The notes under the pieces are model-generated. The model saw only the letters and a program-made list of their open reading frames with translations. It was not told the DNA's origin and ran no database searches. Below, piece by piece: positions 1 through 12,750 of a stretch of DNA of 64,000 bases. The stretch is from Candidatus Poseidoniaceae archaeon (GTDB lineage Archaea; Thermoplasmatota; Poseidoniia; Poseidoniales; Poseidoniaceae). Location of the stretch: assembly GCA_045568435.1 (NCBI GenBank), contig JBJLBB010000001.1, positions 492,413 through 556,412 of the forward strand. The letters are read 5' to 3'. The translations under genes and the position numbers were made by a program. Position 1 is the stretch's first letter, and each line of letters begins with the position of its first letter.

Positions 1-1217
1 TCACCGCCGCCGTCTCCGCCACCACCGTTATCGTCGGGGCAACCGTCACTATCAGCATCGTTTTCTGCTGTTGAGGCTTCGTTAGGACAAGCATCGTTTG
101 AATCGGGAATACCATCACCATCGGTGTCATCACTTCCACCGCCACCGCCGCCACCGTTTTGTGCATCTGAACAACCCCAAGCATCGACTTCAGCACCAGG
201 TGCTGTCCCTGGACAATCATCCCAATCGTCTTCAACATCATCACAGTCTTCGTCTGGTTCACCCCAGTCAGAGGTAGTACAAGTTCTACCTGAGGTACTC
301 ATCATACCAAATCCACCAGAAGTTTCCATTGAAGAAGTAAAGGTGAGATTCTCATGGACCATTGAAAGAGTATCTTTAGCGAAGCAAGCAACACCGGATT
401 GTTCATCTGTAATTGTAGTAGTCATACCTGCAAAGTTCATTTCGAGCGTAGAGTTTCCAACGATACTTACACGATAGCATTCTTTTCCAGAAACTGTATC
501 AGAACCTGTAACTGTCATTTGATGATACTCATCGTAAGTTGTTCCAAAGAATTCTGGCATCGAAACTGAAAGATTCCAAAAATCTCCATTAGACCATACT
601 GGTGCTGATTGCTTATCAGTAGTATTTGCATTAGCGAACTGATATGTTGAAAGACTGGATGTGTACATTAAATTGCCTTTAGCATCATACTGTTCAGATG
701 CAGCATACCATCCAACTTCTGGAGAATACCATTGAACTGCATAACCTGCATCAATTTCCAGAACATATGCACCTCCACCTGCTTCAGTCATTGTAGCATT
801 GATTGAAACAAAGTAAACACCACCCATGTCTGTTTCCTCTTCACCAAGGAATATTGTATCACGAGTTTTACTTGGATTACTGACTCCTAAGTGAGTATTC
901 TCTTCATCCCAAACCGACATAGAGACTCCATCGCCAGATGCATGAGACAAGGTTAGCAGTAATGTTTGGCCTGATTCCAGCCAAATTTTGAACCAGTCAT
1001 GCTTATCATCCCACATATCGACTGTGCCTCTAACAACGTCTCCAGGATAGGTTTCTTGTCCAGAAGTATTGACATTATTCGGTTCTACTTCACTGATTAC
1101 ATCAACTCCCGATGCACCCGTGAATTGTGGTTCAAATGGACTTTCATCAAGCGATGATGATGTAACCAAAGGATACATGGCTGTCAAAAGCAAGATAGTA
1201 ATTACTGCTACTCTCAT
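1..1217 (-). CDS. Secreted/surface protein with N-terminal PPC-like domain and thrombospondin type-3-like Ca-binding repeats (3' end runs off the window)
   Basis: Not in the ORF track. Manual translation from ATG 1217 gives MRVAVITILLLTAMYPL (signal peptide), EVEPNN...DKHDWF (PPC-like) and later DTDGDGIPDSNDACPNE...DADSDGCPD (TSP3-like). No stop before position 1. Confidence 0.85.
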   Translation of the reverse strand, partial: MRVAVITILLLTAMYPLVTSSSLDESPFEPQFTGASGVDVISEVEPNNVNTSGQETYPGDVVRGTVDMWDDKHDWFKIWLESGQTLLLTLSHASGDGVSMSVWDEENTHLGVSNPSKTRDTIFLGEEETDMGGVYFVSINATMTEAGGGAYVLEIDAGYAVQWYSPEVGWYAASEQYDAKGNLMYTSSLSTYQFANANTTDKQSAPVWSNGDFWNLSVSMPEFFGTTYDEYHQMTVTGSDTVSGKECYRVSIVGNSTLEMNFAGMTTTITDEQSGVACFAKDTLSMVHENLTFTSSMETSGGFGMMSTSGRTCTTSDWGEPDEDCDDVEDDWDDCPGTAPGAEVDAWGCSDAQNGGGGGGGSDDTDGDGIPDSNDACPNEASTAENDADSDGCPDDNGGGGDGGG

Positions 1218-1304
1218 ACACACTGGTAGTGAAAGCATCGTTTAATACTTAGGTTACACTATCGTAACTCTCAAGGAGTAACTATTTCCGCAGAAATTTA
1301 GTAT

Positions 1305-1437
1305 TCACTTTTTGTTATCGTGTAATTCTCTGGCTTGCTTAGCCCACTGGTCTCGCTTAACACGGCCTGGGAAGAACTCGATTGCTTTGTTGACTTCTTC
1401 TTCGATCTTAGACGTCATATTACCAACTTGTTCAAAG
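1305..1437. repeat. 133-bp perfect direct repeat, copy 1 (3' end of giant gene A)
   Basis: Base-by-base identical to 12921..13053. Identity stops exactly at the stop codon. Confidence 0.9.
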
Positions 1438-4400
1438 TTGTAAATTCCCAAAGCATTCAATTTTTCAGCAATAAAAGGCCCTATTCCTTTGATTTCTTGC
1501 AAATCGTCTTGCTCATCAATAGTGGCAACTCCAAGTGTGGAAAAGTCAATCGTCTTGGCTCGAGCTCTAACACGTTCTAATTCTTCTAACTTCTTGGCTC
1601 TCAACTTCTCTGTTTCTGCTTCTGTTTTTGCTTTTGCTTCTGCTTCTGCTTTTGCTTTTGCTTTTGCTTCTGCTTTTGCTTCTGTCATTGATTTGGCTTT
1701 TGCCTCTGCTTCAGCATTGGTTTTCTTACTTTCAGATTCGAGATTCTCCTGTTGCTTAACATATCCAGGGTCCGGCTTTACCTTAACATCCCAGATCAAG
1801 TAAACTGAATTTCTACCAATCTTGATAGCACCTTGGAATTCACCACCGCCGAGAGTTGGCTCTAAACTATCATCAAAGATTAGTTGGAACTTAATCACTC
1901 CTTCCTCGTCTGCTTCAAACATTCTTACTTCTTCATTTCCGTATGTCAGGTCTTCTGTCGTAAACTTGCGCTCGCCTTGTTGCACTGAGTAATCAACTGA
2001 TTGTATTTTCAAACCAGGAGTGATGTTGGTAATGGTAATCAATTCCTCGCTGTAGATTGTATCACCAGGGTTGACGTCATTGGCTGGTTTGAGGACGAAA
2101 GGATTGTCCTTTGTTCCTTCACCTTCAGCAAACTTAGGCCTTGAAGTGGTATTTTCTGGTTCTGCATCAAGAATTACTTCTTTATCGCTCGGGAAAAACA
2201 GTACAAATATCAATAATAATAGAAGAATGATAATCGGGAAACATATGTAACCCCACTTAAATTGGCTATCACCTTCATCTTCATCTTCTAAATCTATAAC
2301 TTCTTCAAGCACACTAATCGTGATGTTAAACGATTGGCCATGAGCAGAATTGTTTGCCCATATAGTGAACTGTGTAGCATCCATTGCTTCAGTTGGTGTA
2401 CCTGTTATACTTCCATCAAGGTGTGCGTCTCTAGCTGGACTCCATCCAAAGATTAGACCTGCAGGCAGTTCGCTACTAATCTCCCAAGTTGCAACTTCAC
2501 CTAGGCCAGAAACTGTCGGTAATTGAATACTAATTTCATTGCCTAAGGTAAGTGTCAATGTGTCTGAAGGGTATGTCATGGTAAATGGTAAGTCAAGGAT
2601 TGTATCAAGTGCGTCACAGATTCCATCGCCATCTTCATCGCCTGGAACACTGTTTTGAACGGAACTGTCAGTTCCACAATTTACTTCCATTTCGTCTGAC
2701 CAGTTGTCATTGTCATCATCAAGGTCCTCAACAAGAGGTGGCGTACTAGTGGATTCTCCGTTCAAAGTGTCTGGCATTCCGTCACCATCGCTGTCAATGG
2801 AACCTGCAGAGTCGAATGGGAATGCATCTGGTCCAACTGAACAACCACCATTGGCAGGCACTTCAGGCCCATCACAAACGCCATCACCATCGCTATCAGC
2901 GTTTGATGAGTCGGTTCCAGTATTGTTTTGGTCAACGTAAGTTGATGAGTTGGTTTCCACATCATTGAGTAGTCCATCACCATCAATATCTTCATCAAGT
3001 TCATCACAAATGGAATCACCATCAAGGTCTGTTATCAATGAATTAGCGTCAAGTGGGTCGGTTGCACAATTGACTTCTTCAGCATCGCTAAAGCCGTCTG
3101 AGTCATCATCCAAGTCTTCAACTAGGCCACCTGATGGATTGTAATCAAGTGGTAGTTGATTTGGCATACCATCCGAGTCTGAATCATCAAGAACGCCTAT
3201 TTGGATTACCATCACATCATTGAACAAACTGTTGTTAGCATAGATGGTGAAGTTTGTCAACAACATATCATCTGTTGGTGTTCCCCAAATGGTTCCATTG
3301 CTTGCTCCAATAAACATGCCATCAGGCAGGTCAGGACTAATTTCATAGACAGAGTCAGAGAGAGTTGATGTTGGTCCTATACTCAACATTTCTTCATTTA
3401 TCAGCAGGTAAATCGGACCAATCGAAAGGTCATAGTCTAAATCTTCAACAGTTACATTCACCTTAACGCTCATTGAACCTACATCATTAGTTGCAGTAAT
3501 TTCATACTCTGTGCGCACCTTGATTTCTGTGGCCGTACCGCTGAGTATTCCAGTACTTGTGTCAAAGAACAAACCAGCAGATGGTTCTGGGGTAATCGAC
3601 CATTGGGCAATTGCTCCACCTGTTGACTCAGGTACCATATTCAAGACACTCGAGTTGTTTAGCAGAACTTCATCCAAAGGCACGTATGCAATCATTGGCA
3701 CTTGGTCAAGAACGGTGATTTCAATTTGTGTCGTATCCGTTCCACCAGTATTGGTGGCAGATACGGTGTAGATTTCAGATGCCTTGACTTCGTCTGGTGT
3801 ACCAGATATCTCTCCAGTTAACACATCGAACATCAAACCAGAACTGAGTTCTGGCGTAATCGACCAAGTCACTACTGGTCCACCAAGGTTTGTCGGATTA
3901 AGTGGTAAATCACTGCTTACCGTATCATTTGTCATCTGAACACTTACCAGACTGTAAGAGATTTCCGGAACAATGTCAAGAATTGTGATGTTGATGTCAT
4001 GGGATGAATTACCACCAGTGTTGTTGGCCCAAATCTTGTAGAGTTGTATTGGTTGAATCGATGTTGGTGTCCCCCAAATCGTACCGTTGCTGGTTCCAAA
4101 AGATAATCCATTATCCAGTTCTGGATAGATGCTCCATATATCAACATCAGCAACAGTACCATTGGTTATAATTGGAGTCAATGCGGTCATTGGCTGACCA
4201 ATGGTAATGACTGAACTATCTGGATCATAATCGAGTTCAACTCCCGGCGCATTTACTGTGAAATTCAATGTGTGGTTTATTGCACCACCAGTGTTGTTAG
4301 CCCATACAGTTAGCATAGTTTGAGATGTGACATCAATAGGTGTGCCTGTGAACACACCATTAGTGAAGAAGAGTCCATTTGGCAGGACGCCTTCATACTC

Positions 4401-7400
4401 CCACGTCTCGACCATTCCACCAGTGACAGTTGGATGCAATGGTGTGATTGTCGTTCCAGTAACAAATATTTCATTCTCTCGACTGTAATCTAAGCCCACT
4501 CGTGGCTCATTGATGGTAATGTTGAAATTTTGGCTCACATTTCCACCCGTATTGTTAGCCCATACGGTGTATTGTGTTCGAGTCATGTTGATTATCGGAG
4601 TACCTGAGATTTCACCGGTTGCCGAGTCAAAGCTAAGACCGGTCCCGGTAAGTTCAGGTTCAATTTCCCAAGTTTCTACAATGCCGTTGGAGACTGGACT
4701 GATTGGTGTGGCCATCGGTTCAGCGCGTGTCAGATTGTAATTGTCTGCTGCGTAACTGAAGACGACTGGAACATCAGAGATTGTTATATTCAAGTAAACC
4801 GAAAGTTGGCCACCAGAATTATTACCCCAAATCAGATACTGAGTCTTACTTTGAACGTCAATTGGTGTACCCCAAATTGTTCCATTTCCAGGACCGAAAT
4901 TCAAACCGTTTGGTTCAGTTCCCACGAATTCCCACGATGTGATAGTACCACCAGTACTGATTGGTGAGAATGATGTCGCCGAGTTGTTGGTTAATTCAAC
5001 TTCTAGTGATGGATAGGTAAACGCTGGTGCGATGTCATCAACGGTCATCTCGATAGTAGTTGAAATGTCACCAGCAGAGTTGTTCCCCCAAACTGTGAAG
5101 GTAACTGTAGCAGTCACTGCAGTTGGTGTGCCGGTGATCTCACCAGTTGTATTATCAAATTCGATGCCGGCTGGCAAATCATCATATGAATCAATCGACC
5201 ATGATGTCGGTGCTCCGTCGGTATATGTTGGAGCCGCTGCGTTAACAATACTATTCTTAGTGAACGTATACGGTGAACCTGGATACGAAATTGAAGATGG
5301 TGCTTCATCTCGAACTGATATCGTAATTGTTGTCGAAATATCGTCGGCAGAATTGTTTGCCCATACGGTGAATGTAATGGCAGAATGTATTCCTGTTGGC
5401 GTACCAGTAATGACACCGTTTCCTGAGTTAAAGGAAAGTCCTGGTATCGAAGAAGAGAGAACAGGATAAATTTCCCATGTGCTTACTACTCCACCAACGT
5501 TGGTTGGTGTTTCTCCACTGACTGGGTCATTCTTAGTAAACGTGAACGGTGAACCAGCATACGAAATGTCGGCTGCTTCATCTTGAACAGTAATCGAAAT
5601 CGTAGTCGAAATATCGTCGGCAGAATTGTTTGCCCATACTGTAAAGGTGACTGCGGAAGTTACCGCAGTTGGTGTTCCGTAGATGGTTCCGTTGGACGGC
5701 CCAAACAAGAGGCCGCTTGGCAAGGTGGATGCTGCTGGATGAATAGCCCATGTGCTGACCGCTCCACCAGCGTTGGTTGGAGTTTCTCCAACGACTTCGG
5801 TGTTCTTGGTAAACGTAAACGGTGAATTCGCATACGAAATATCAGCCGCTTCATCTTGAACGTTGATTGTAATTGTTGTCGAATTGCTGCCCGCAGAATT
5901 GTTCGCCCAAACTGTGAATGTGGAAGACCAAGTCGCATACGGGATACCATAGATCTCTCCAGTCATATCGTTGAATTGGATTCCTGTTGGTAATGCTCCA
6001 TCTCTCACAAATAACGGTGTCCCTGTCGGTGCTCCACCGGTGTTGGTGAGGGTCACTCCGCTGATGGCGGAGTTTTTGGTGAACATGTATGATGATTGTA
6101 AGTACGAAATATCAGGCGCTTCATCTTGAACAGTAATCGAAATCGTGGTTGAAATATCATCAGCAGAATTGTTTGCCCATACGGTGAATATAATGGCAGA
6201 ATGTATTCCTGTTGGTGTACCAGTAATGACACCGTTTGCTGGATTAAAAGAAAGTCCTGGTATCGAAGAAGAGAGAACAGGATAAATTTCCCATGTGCTT
6301 ACTGCTCCACCAACGTTGGTTGGTGTTTCTCCACTGACTGGGTCATTCTTAGTAAACGTGAACGGTGAACCAGCATACGAAATGTCGGCTGCTTCATCTT
6401 GAACGGTAATCGAAATCGTAGTCGAAATATCATCAGCAGAATTATTCGCCCAAACTGTAAACATGACTGCGGAGGTTACCGCAGTTGGCGTACCAGTAAT
6501 GACACCGTTTGCTGGATTAAAAGAAAGTCCTGGTATCGATATCGAAATATCAGGGGTGATTTCCCAACCATCCGGAACGCCACCTGAGTTAGTTGGAGTT
6601 TCTCCACTGACTGGGTCATTCTTAGTAAACGTGAACGGTGAATTCGCATACGAAATATCGGCTGCTTCGTCTTGAACAGTGATCGAAATCGTAGTCGAAA
6701 CATCGTCGGCAGAATTGTTCGCCCAAACTGTGAATGTTGCGGTGGAAGTCACCGCTGTTGGTGTCCCGTAGATGGTTCCGTTGGATGGACCAAACAAGAG
6801 ACCGCTTGGCAAGGTGGATGCTGCTGGGTGAATCTCCCAGGTGCTAACCGCTCCACCAGCGTTGGTTGGCGTTTCTCCAACGACTTCGGTGTTCTTGGTG
6901 AACGTGAATGGTGAGCCGGCATACGAAATGTCAGGTGCTTCATCTTGTACCGTGATCGAAACCGTGGTTGAACTACTACCTGCTGAGTTAGTCGCTGTAA
7001 TCGTAACAGAAGCCGTTGCATAGACAGCTGTTGGGGTTCCAATTAAATACCCAGAGCCAGGAGGAAGAAAAATACCTGCTGGAAGCGTACCACTGGTGAC
7101 CGAATATGATGTGCTTGAGCCACCAAAATTGCTGGGAGCGTTAATTGTATGAGTTCCCTTGGTCCACAAGAACGGTGAACCTGGATAAGAAATATCAGGT
7201 GCTTCATCTTGAACGGTGATTTGGATTGTAGTGAAACCAGAGCCAGCTGGGTTGGTTGCTTGAATTACTATCGAGTGTACAGTACTCACCGCCGTAGGTG
7301 TTCCAACAAGTTCGCCTGTGGAGGAATCCAGCGTCACACCGTTGGGGAGTGTACCACTGATGACCGTCCATGAATCTGCGACTCCACCAATGTTGGTTGG

Positions 7401-10400
7401 CGTTGCTAAATTCACAGTACTGTTCTTGGTGAACGTGAATGGTGAGCCGGCATACGAAATATCAGGGGCTTCGAGGACCATGAGCGTAAAGGTCTCTGAT
7501 GTAGTGGTGCCAAAGGCAGTCACTGTGACCGTGTGAGTAGTATTAGCGTGGCCTTCAGTAGGTGTTCCCGAGATAGTTCCGTTGCGCCAGTTCATGGTCA
7601 AACCGTCTGGAAGTTCAGGTGATACCTCGAAAATCGGATTAGTCGCTAGACCTTGACCCGTGCCTTGGTGCGATGTTAACCGCAACTCTATTGATGGAGT
7701 AGATCTCGAATGAGCGACGAATAAATCGTCATTATCGTCAATATCAATTCCAATTGTCCAACCTGCATCATCAATTTGGGTGGCAGTTGACCACGTACCA
7801 GAAATGTAATTTGTATACATCAGCTTCTTTGGTTGTCCAACGTGATAAACAGCATGCAAATTATCGTTAGAATCAACGGCAATTGCTGGGTAAAAAGCAG
7901 GAGTCCCAAGCGAGTGCCCTGCCCAGTTGCCCAGTGTTCCTGAATATACATGAGAATAAGTATCGGCAGCACCAATAATATGAATCACATCCTGTGAGTC
8001 TATCACCATATCGAGATTCTTACCAGAGTTAGAACTTAAACCCGGTATAGTTTCATTTTGCCAAATGCCATTTATGCGACTAGAAATTTTTATTTCAAGA
8101 GGATTGCTATGATAAACTGAATGTATATTGCCATCACCGTCGATTACAACTTTGGGGCTATATCCATCATCTTCCACAGTGTTTGAAATTGTGTTATCAA
8201 TCCAGGTTCCAGTTTCATCGGTGTAATGAACTAGGTTGTGATTTGTGCCATCATGTGCTGTAGCAACTACATGGATTGCTCCAGTAGTTGGATGTAAAGT
8301 AATTGCAGTTCCTGTTATCCCTTCGGGACCGGAATACACTACTGCTGACCCCAACTGAACAACATCCCATGTGCCTGATGAATTTGTGAGATATTCAACC
8401 ATTTGACTCGTTTCATTGATGTAAGCAATGTGTAATGCTCCTTGAGAATCAATAACTAAAGATGGAAGAAAACCTGTATCTGCACCATTGTCTTGGAATA
8501 CATTATCTGAAATTATACCTTCAAATTGGTAACTTAATGCCAATGTACCAGTATTATCTGAATCGGTAAAACCGTAGGCAACTGCAACTTCTCCCTGATT
8601 GTCAGTATCAATAGCCACGTCGTAAGTAATGAGTCTGTTGCCGATCAGTAATTCAGTAGTATTTTCGACTCCAGAGACCCAAGGGTTCACGGGATGAGTA
8701 TGAGTATAGGACATGGTAATGTCTGAGATAGCACTACCTGCGTTCGCTTCCGTTGAGATTGTGTCGATAATGAGCGAACCACCTGAAGCATTCACATTGA
8801 CGATGAGGCTGACCGGAAAGACCGCTGCCTGCTCGCATTCGAGGGAGTAATGGTGAGCGTCGTGTTGCCTAGACGTCGTAGGGGTTACCAGAAAGCACAC
8901 ATGTGTTGCTAAGCGAAAGGCCAGGTGGTAGTCCTGTGTGGCCGCATGAAGTCGGTGCACCGAAGCCAGAGTCAAAGGTTGGAACAAGCGAACTCATCGG
9001 CACATTTTGTCCGAGTCGCAGGGTGCTTGAAACCAAGTTTGTCGTGTTATCCCAAGCATGGTTACCTGAAACCGAAACAGGTGCGTGTTGGTCAGTACCG
9101 ATTCCACCATCACCCAACTGCCCATATAGATTCCATCCCCAGCAAGTCATGGAAGCATCGTCAAGGATGACGCAGGTGTGGTATTGTCCCAGAGAAATCG
9201 CAACGGCAGTCCAGCCGGCGGACAGGTTGACGTGAACGGGTGAGGCTTGGTCGGTGTTTGTTGGGCCGTCAAATCCCAATCCCCCTACAATATTCGACCC
9301 CCAACAATAAGTGGATTCGTTGTCAAGGATGGCGCAGGTGTGGTAATCTCCTGCATCAACTGCAACTGCACCCCGACCGGGGGGAAGATCGACGTAAACA
9401 GGAGATAGTTGATTGCTGGTTCCAGCACCGTTGCCCAACTGAGAATTAACATCCTTCCCCCAGCACATCAATGAACGATTGTCAAGAATGGCGCAACTGT
9501 GTTGAAAAGCAGCAACGATTGAAACGGCGGTTCGGCCGGTGGGAAGGTTGACGTAAACAGGTGATACTTGATCACTGCCTCCCGCACCTTCGCCCAACTG
9601 TCCTGAATCGTCCCTTCCCCAGCACATCAGGGAACCGGTGTCAAGAAGAGCACAGGTATGCTGATTTCCAACAGACACCGCAACGGCGGTTCGGCCATAT
9701 GGAAGGTTGACGTAAACAGGTGATTCTTCGTCATCTTTATTCAAATCACCATTACCAAGTTGACCGTCTGCGCCTAAGCCCCAACACATCAAAGAACCAG
9801 TATCAAGAATCGCACAGGAGTGCTTCCCACCCACGCTAAGCCCAACTGCAGACCGGCCGGTGGGAAGGTCGACCAAAACAGGTTCATCTTGGAAGGCGGT
9901 CGTTGTTGCACCGTTGCCCAACTGCCCATTTCCATCACCGCCCCAACACATCACTGAACCGGTGTCAAGAAGAGCACAGGTGTGGAAGTTTCCAGCAGAC
10001 ACTGCAACGGCCTTTTGGCCGGAAGGCAAATTCACCAAAACAGGTTCCTCTTGGGAGACGGTCGTTGTTGCACCGTTGCCCAACTGTCCTACGTGGTCAC
10101 GTCCCCAGCACATCAATGAACCGGTGTCAAGGATGGCGCAGGTGTGTTGAAGTCCAGCTGCCAGCTTGTTGTTGACGTATTCCAAAGATTGGAAATTACT
10201 GCTCCCTGAACCCCAATCATAGGACATCAAAGGTGGTGCGTTGACTGAAATTGTCAGTGTAGTGGTATCTGAACCATGTGCATTGTATGCTGTAATGGTG
10301 TAGACTGCCGATGAAGAGATTTCAGTTGGTGTCCCCGAGATAGTCCCGTCGGCTAAATTCAAACTCAACCCGTTTGGTAGGTCAGGGCTTACTGAATATC

Positions 10401-11790
10401 CAAAAGAATCTGTGCCGATGTAACCCAAAGTCTGTCCTGACCAATTGGTGAATGTTATATGTACGCTATCATCAATCTGGTTAACAGCAAGTGAGTTCTC
10501 CCAGCCGACAAATGCTGTGCCTTCTACAAGTGTAACACTCGACCAAGATAATGCAGAAGCACATGATGAAAAGCATTTGGCATACTTTATGTCGTAATTG
10601 GGAAGATTCGTGAAATATGATACATGTATACCATTATTGGAATCAACACCGATAGAGTTGGGGGCACCACCGACATTATCAATGGCCGTAGTCGACCACG
10701 AAGATGCTGATGTACATAATGATGCACACATGCTGTAAAAGGGATTTGCAAGGTCTTGGTCATAGAAGACCATGTGCAATACATCGTTTGAGTCAACGGT
10801 CAAAGAGTGCCATTTAATCGAATCCTCAGGAGCATTTAGGTTTGTAATGGTCCATGAAGAGGCTGTTGTACAGGATAAAGTACAGGTGGCATAATATTGG
10901 TTAGAATTGCCCGAGCCAGTTCCCTGTGTACCCGCACTGCTGTAAACAATGTGTAAATCATTATTAGAATCAATCGTCATCGAGGCATATTCGCCAATAT
11001 CGCCATTATCATCAACAGTAATGCTAGACCATGAAGAGGCTGTTGTGCACAATGAAGTACATGTAGCATATTTTAGAGCCTTATTGGCACTAGAGGAATC
11101 GTAGTAGGAAATGTGTAAGTTATCATTTGAATCAATTGCAATCGAGTTGTATTTTCCTACATCACCTGAGTTGTCAATGATAATACTTGACCATGATGAT
11201 GGAGTTCCACAGGAAGAAGCACAAGAAGAGTACATGAGGTTTTTGACGCCAGTTCCTTCAGGGTTAAGATAACCAAAGTAAGCAATGTGAATTACATTAT
11301 TTGAATCAATAGCAAGGGAGTTGTGGCCGCCAACATCATTAGCAGAAACAAGAGATGTTTCGACCCAAGACCCACTACTATCGGAAATATATTTTAGATT
11401 ACCATTCCCAGAATCATACATAGATATATGGCTATCTCCATTCGAATCAAGAGCAAGTGAGTGAGGATGGGAACCATAGACCTGTAGGTTTGAGAGGGTT
11501 TGAGGTTCAACAGCTCCACCAGAATTTATCGGAGTTATTGGGGTCATGGTTTGGTTGTTGGAAAGATCGAGTGTACTTGAGGAATAGGTAATCGAAGGTG
11601 CGCTTGAGTACATGGGATTGTTTAACTCTTCAAGTTCGCTTTCATCGTCTTCTACAAGCCAAGGGGCTTTGTTCAGTTCCACGAGGCCCACAGAAAGGGA
11701 CATGGAGACCATTAACACGGCAAGAAGGATTGATTTCATGGATTTTAATCCTAAACTACTTCTGGAATTTGCATCATATGTGACACTCAT
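1305..11790 (-). CDS. Giant membrane-anchored surface protein A (~3,500 aa): signal peptide, beta-propellers, one RCC1 propeller, many He_PIG Ig repeats, TSP3-like repeats, TM helix, cytoplasmic domain, coiled coil and C-terminal HhH (COG3743/DUF4332-like) domain
   Basis: Joins ORFs 8869..11862 (likely start ATG 11790) and 1305..8987. Removing four single-base insertions at ~8820-8890 restores a typical He_PIG unit (SGTPTTLGNTTLTITPSNAAGSGFPVSL). RCC1 blades read HTCAILDTGSLMCWG..GQLG. TM is WGYICFPIIILLLLLIFVLFF. C-terminus is DDLQEIKGIGPFIAEKLNALGIY. Confidence 0.85.
5302..7468 (-). repeat. Tandem array of eight ~270-bp He_PIG (putative Ig) coding units, several near-identical
   Basis: The GCTTCATC(TTGAAC)-like unit boundary recurs at 5302, 5575, 5848, 6118, 6391, 6664, 6937, 7201 and 7468 (periods 264-273 bp). 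Confidence 0.9.
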
Positions 11791-11810
11791 GCTCGCGCTA
11801 ACTACGAACT

Positions 11811-11828
11811 GCTTATCATAGTTAACCC
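11811..11828 (-). promoter_or_regulatory. Putative BRE/TATA promoter of giant gene A (GGGTTAAC-TATGATAAGC)
   Basis: The octamer ends 30 nt upstream of ATG 11790. The same octamer has the same spacing upstream of giant gene B. Confidence 0.55.
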
Positions 11829-11900
11829 TATAATTTCCTAAAATGCAGGTTAAATTTAGCACTCTTTTTAGTTGATTTTGACTGTGAAATTGTGGGGATA

Positions 11901-11941
11901 GCGATAATATCTACCATCACAACAAGTGGTGGAATTATCGC
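11901..11941 (+). other. Intergenic inverted repeat / stem-loop
   Basis: GCGATAAT-a-TCTACCAT-cacaacaa-GTGGTGGA-ATTATCGC forms a 16-bp stem with one bulge and two G-U pairs on the + strand. Confidence 0.55.
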
Positions 11942-12069
11942 CATGATTGTTTGGTACAATTTGGGGAGGAAATAAAATCTAAAACTTACGAGCCAGGATT
12001 TGTCAAAAAGGCCTTTACCATTTTAGGAGTTTACTTTTCTTGTTAGCCACATTAATCACATTTAGAGGG

Positions 12070-12750
12070 TTATGAATTAGATGTTTGTTCAGCCCACGAA
12101 TTGATAATGATACTCTCTGCATTTTGCAAATGTTCAGCAACTGTTCCTTGCTTTACACCTAAAGCATCGGCGATATCATTTTGGTTACAGGTCCGAGGAG
12201 CGTCATAGTAGCCCATTTTGACCGCGGTTTTAATTGCCAAATTACGCTTGTTAGGTAGTTTAGGAGCAGACATCCAATCACCGATAATAAGTTTGGAAAT
12301 CCGCATCTCCATTCTCTCGGGAATCAATAATTCTAATTTATCTTTGATTCTTTTCAACCCTTTAGGTGTGCCATGTATGGTCATAAGAAATCCGTTCTCT
12401 CTGGAAAGCGAGGTCGGCGGCATAATCCATGCCTCTTCCTCAGCCCCAATTATCCGCTGAATTGGTCCAGGTGTTTTCGCCTTCAGGTAGGCAAAATTAT
12501 CACCTTCTTGGAGAATTTTATCGATGATTAAACTATCTTTTAGATTATCCTTTATCGCCAATATATCAATTCCATCATGTTCGACTTTTACAATACAGTT
12601 AGGGATAGAATCAATCACACCAGTGCCGGTAACTAATTCTAATTTATTGAAGTAATCAGTAATCACATTACCGGGTAAATGCTTAGCGTTTTCATATGAA
12701 ATAAGTATCTGGAAATACCTCATGTCTCCGCTCGCTTTCACCCCGCCCAT
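12070..12750 (-). CDS. HTH-10 (bacterio-opsin activator C-terminal type) transcriptional regulator
   Basis: C-terminal AVKMGYYDAPRTCNQNDIADALGVKQGTVAEHLQNAE matches the HTH_10 pattern. Start taken as ATG 12750 (alternative 12723) by alignment with the paralog at 27062. Confidence 0.88.
   Translation of the reverse strand: MGGVKASGDMRYFQILISYENAKHLPGNVITDYFNKLELVTGTGVIDSIPNCIVKVEHDGIDILAIKDNLKDSLIIDKILQEGDNFAYLKAKTPGPIQRIIGAEEEAWIMPPTSLSRENGFLMTIHGTPKGLKRIKDKLELLIPERMEMRISKLIIGDWMSAPKLPNKRNLAIKTAVKMGYYDAPRTCNQNDIADALGVKQGTVAEHLQNAESIIINSWAEQTSNS

Noticed and set aside
124..477. + strand 117-aa Ser/Pro-rich ORF
   Set aside because: Antisense shadow of the minus-strand TSP3-repeat gene (1..1217).
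1253..1268. GTTAC-N6-GTAAC dyad upstream of the first gene
   Set aside because: Only 5-bp arms and a single occurrence; plausible operator but not distinguishable from chance.
5302..7468. Possible CRISPR array
   Set aside because: The period is ~270 bp, units are in-frame protein repeats without unique spacers, and no cas genes are present.
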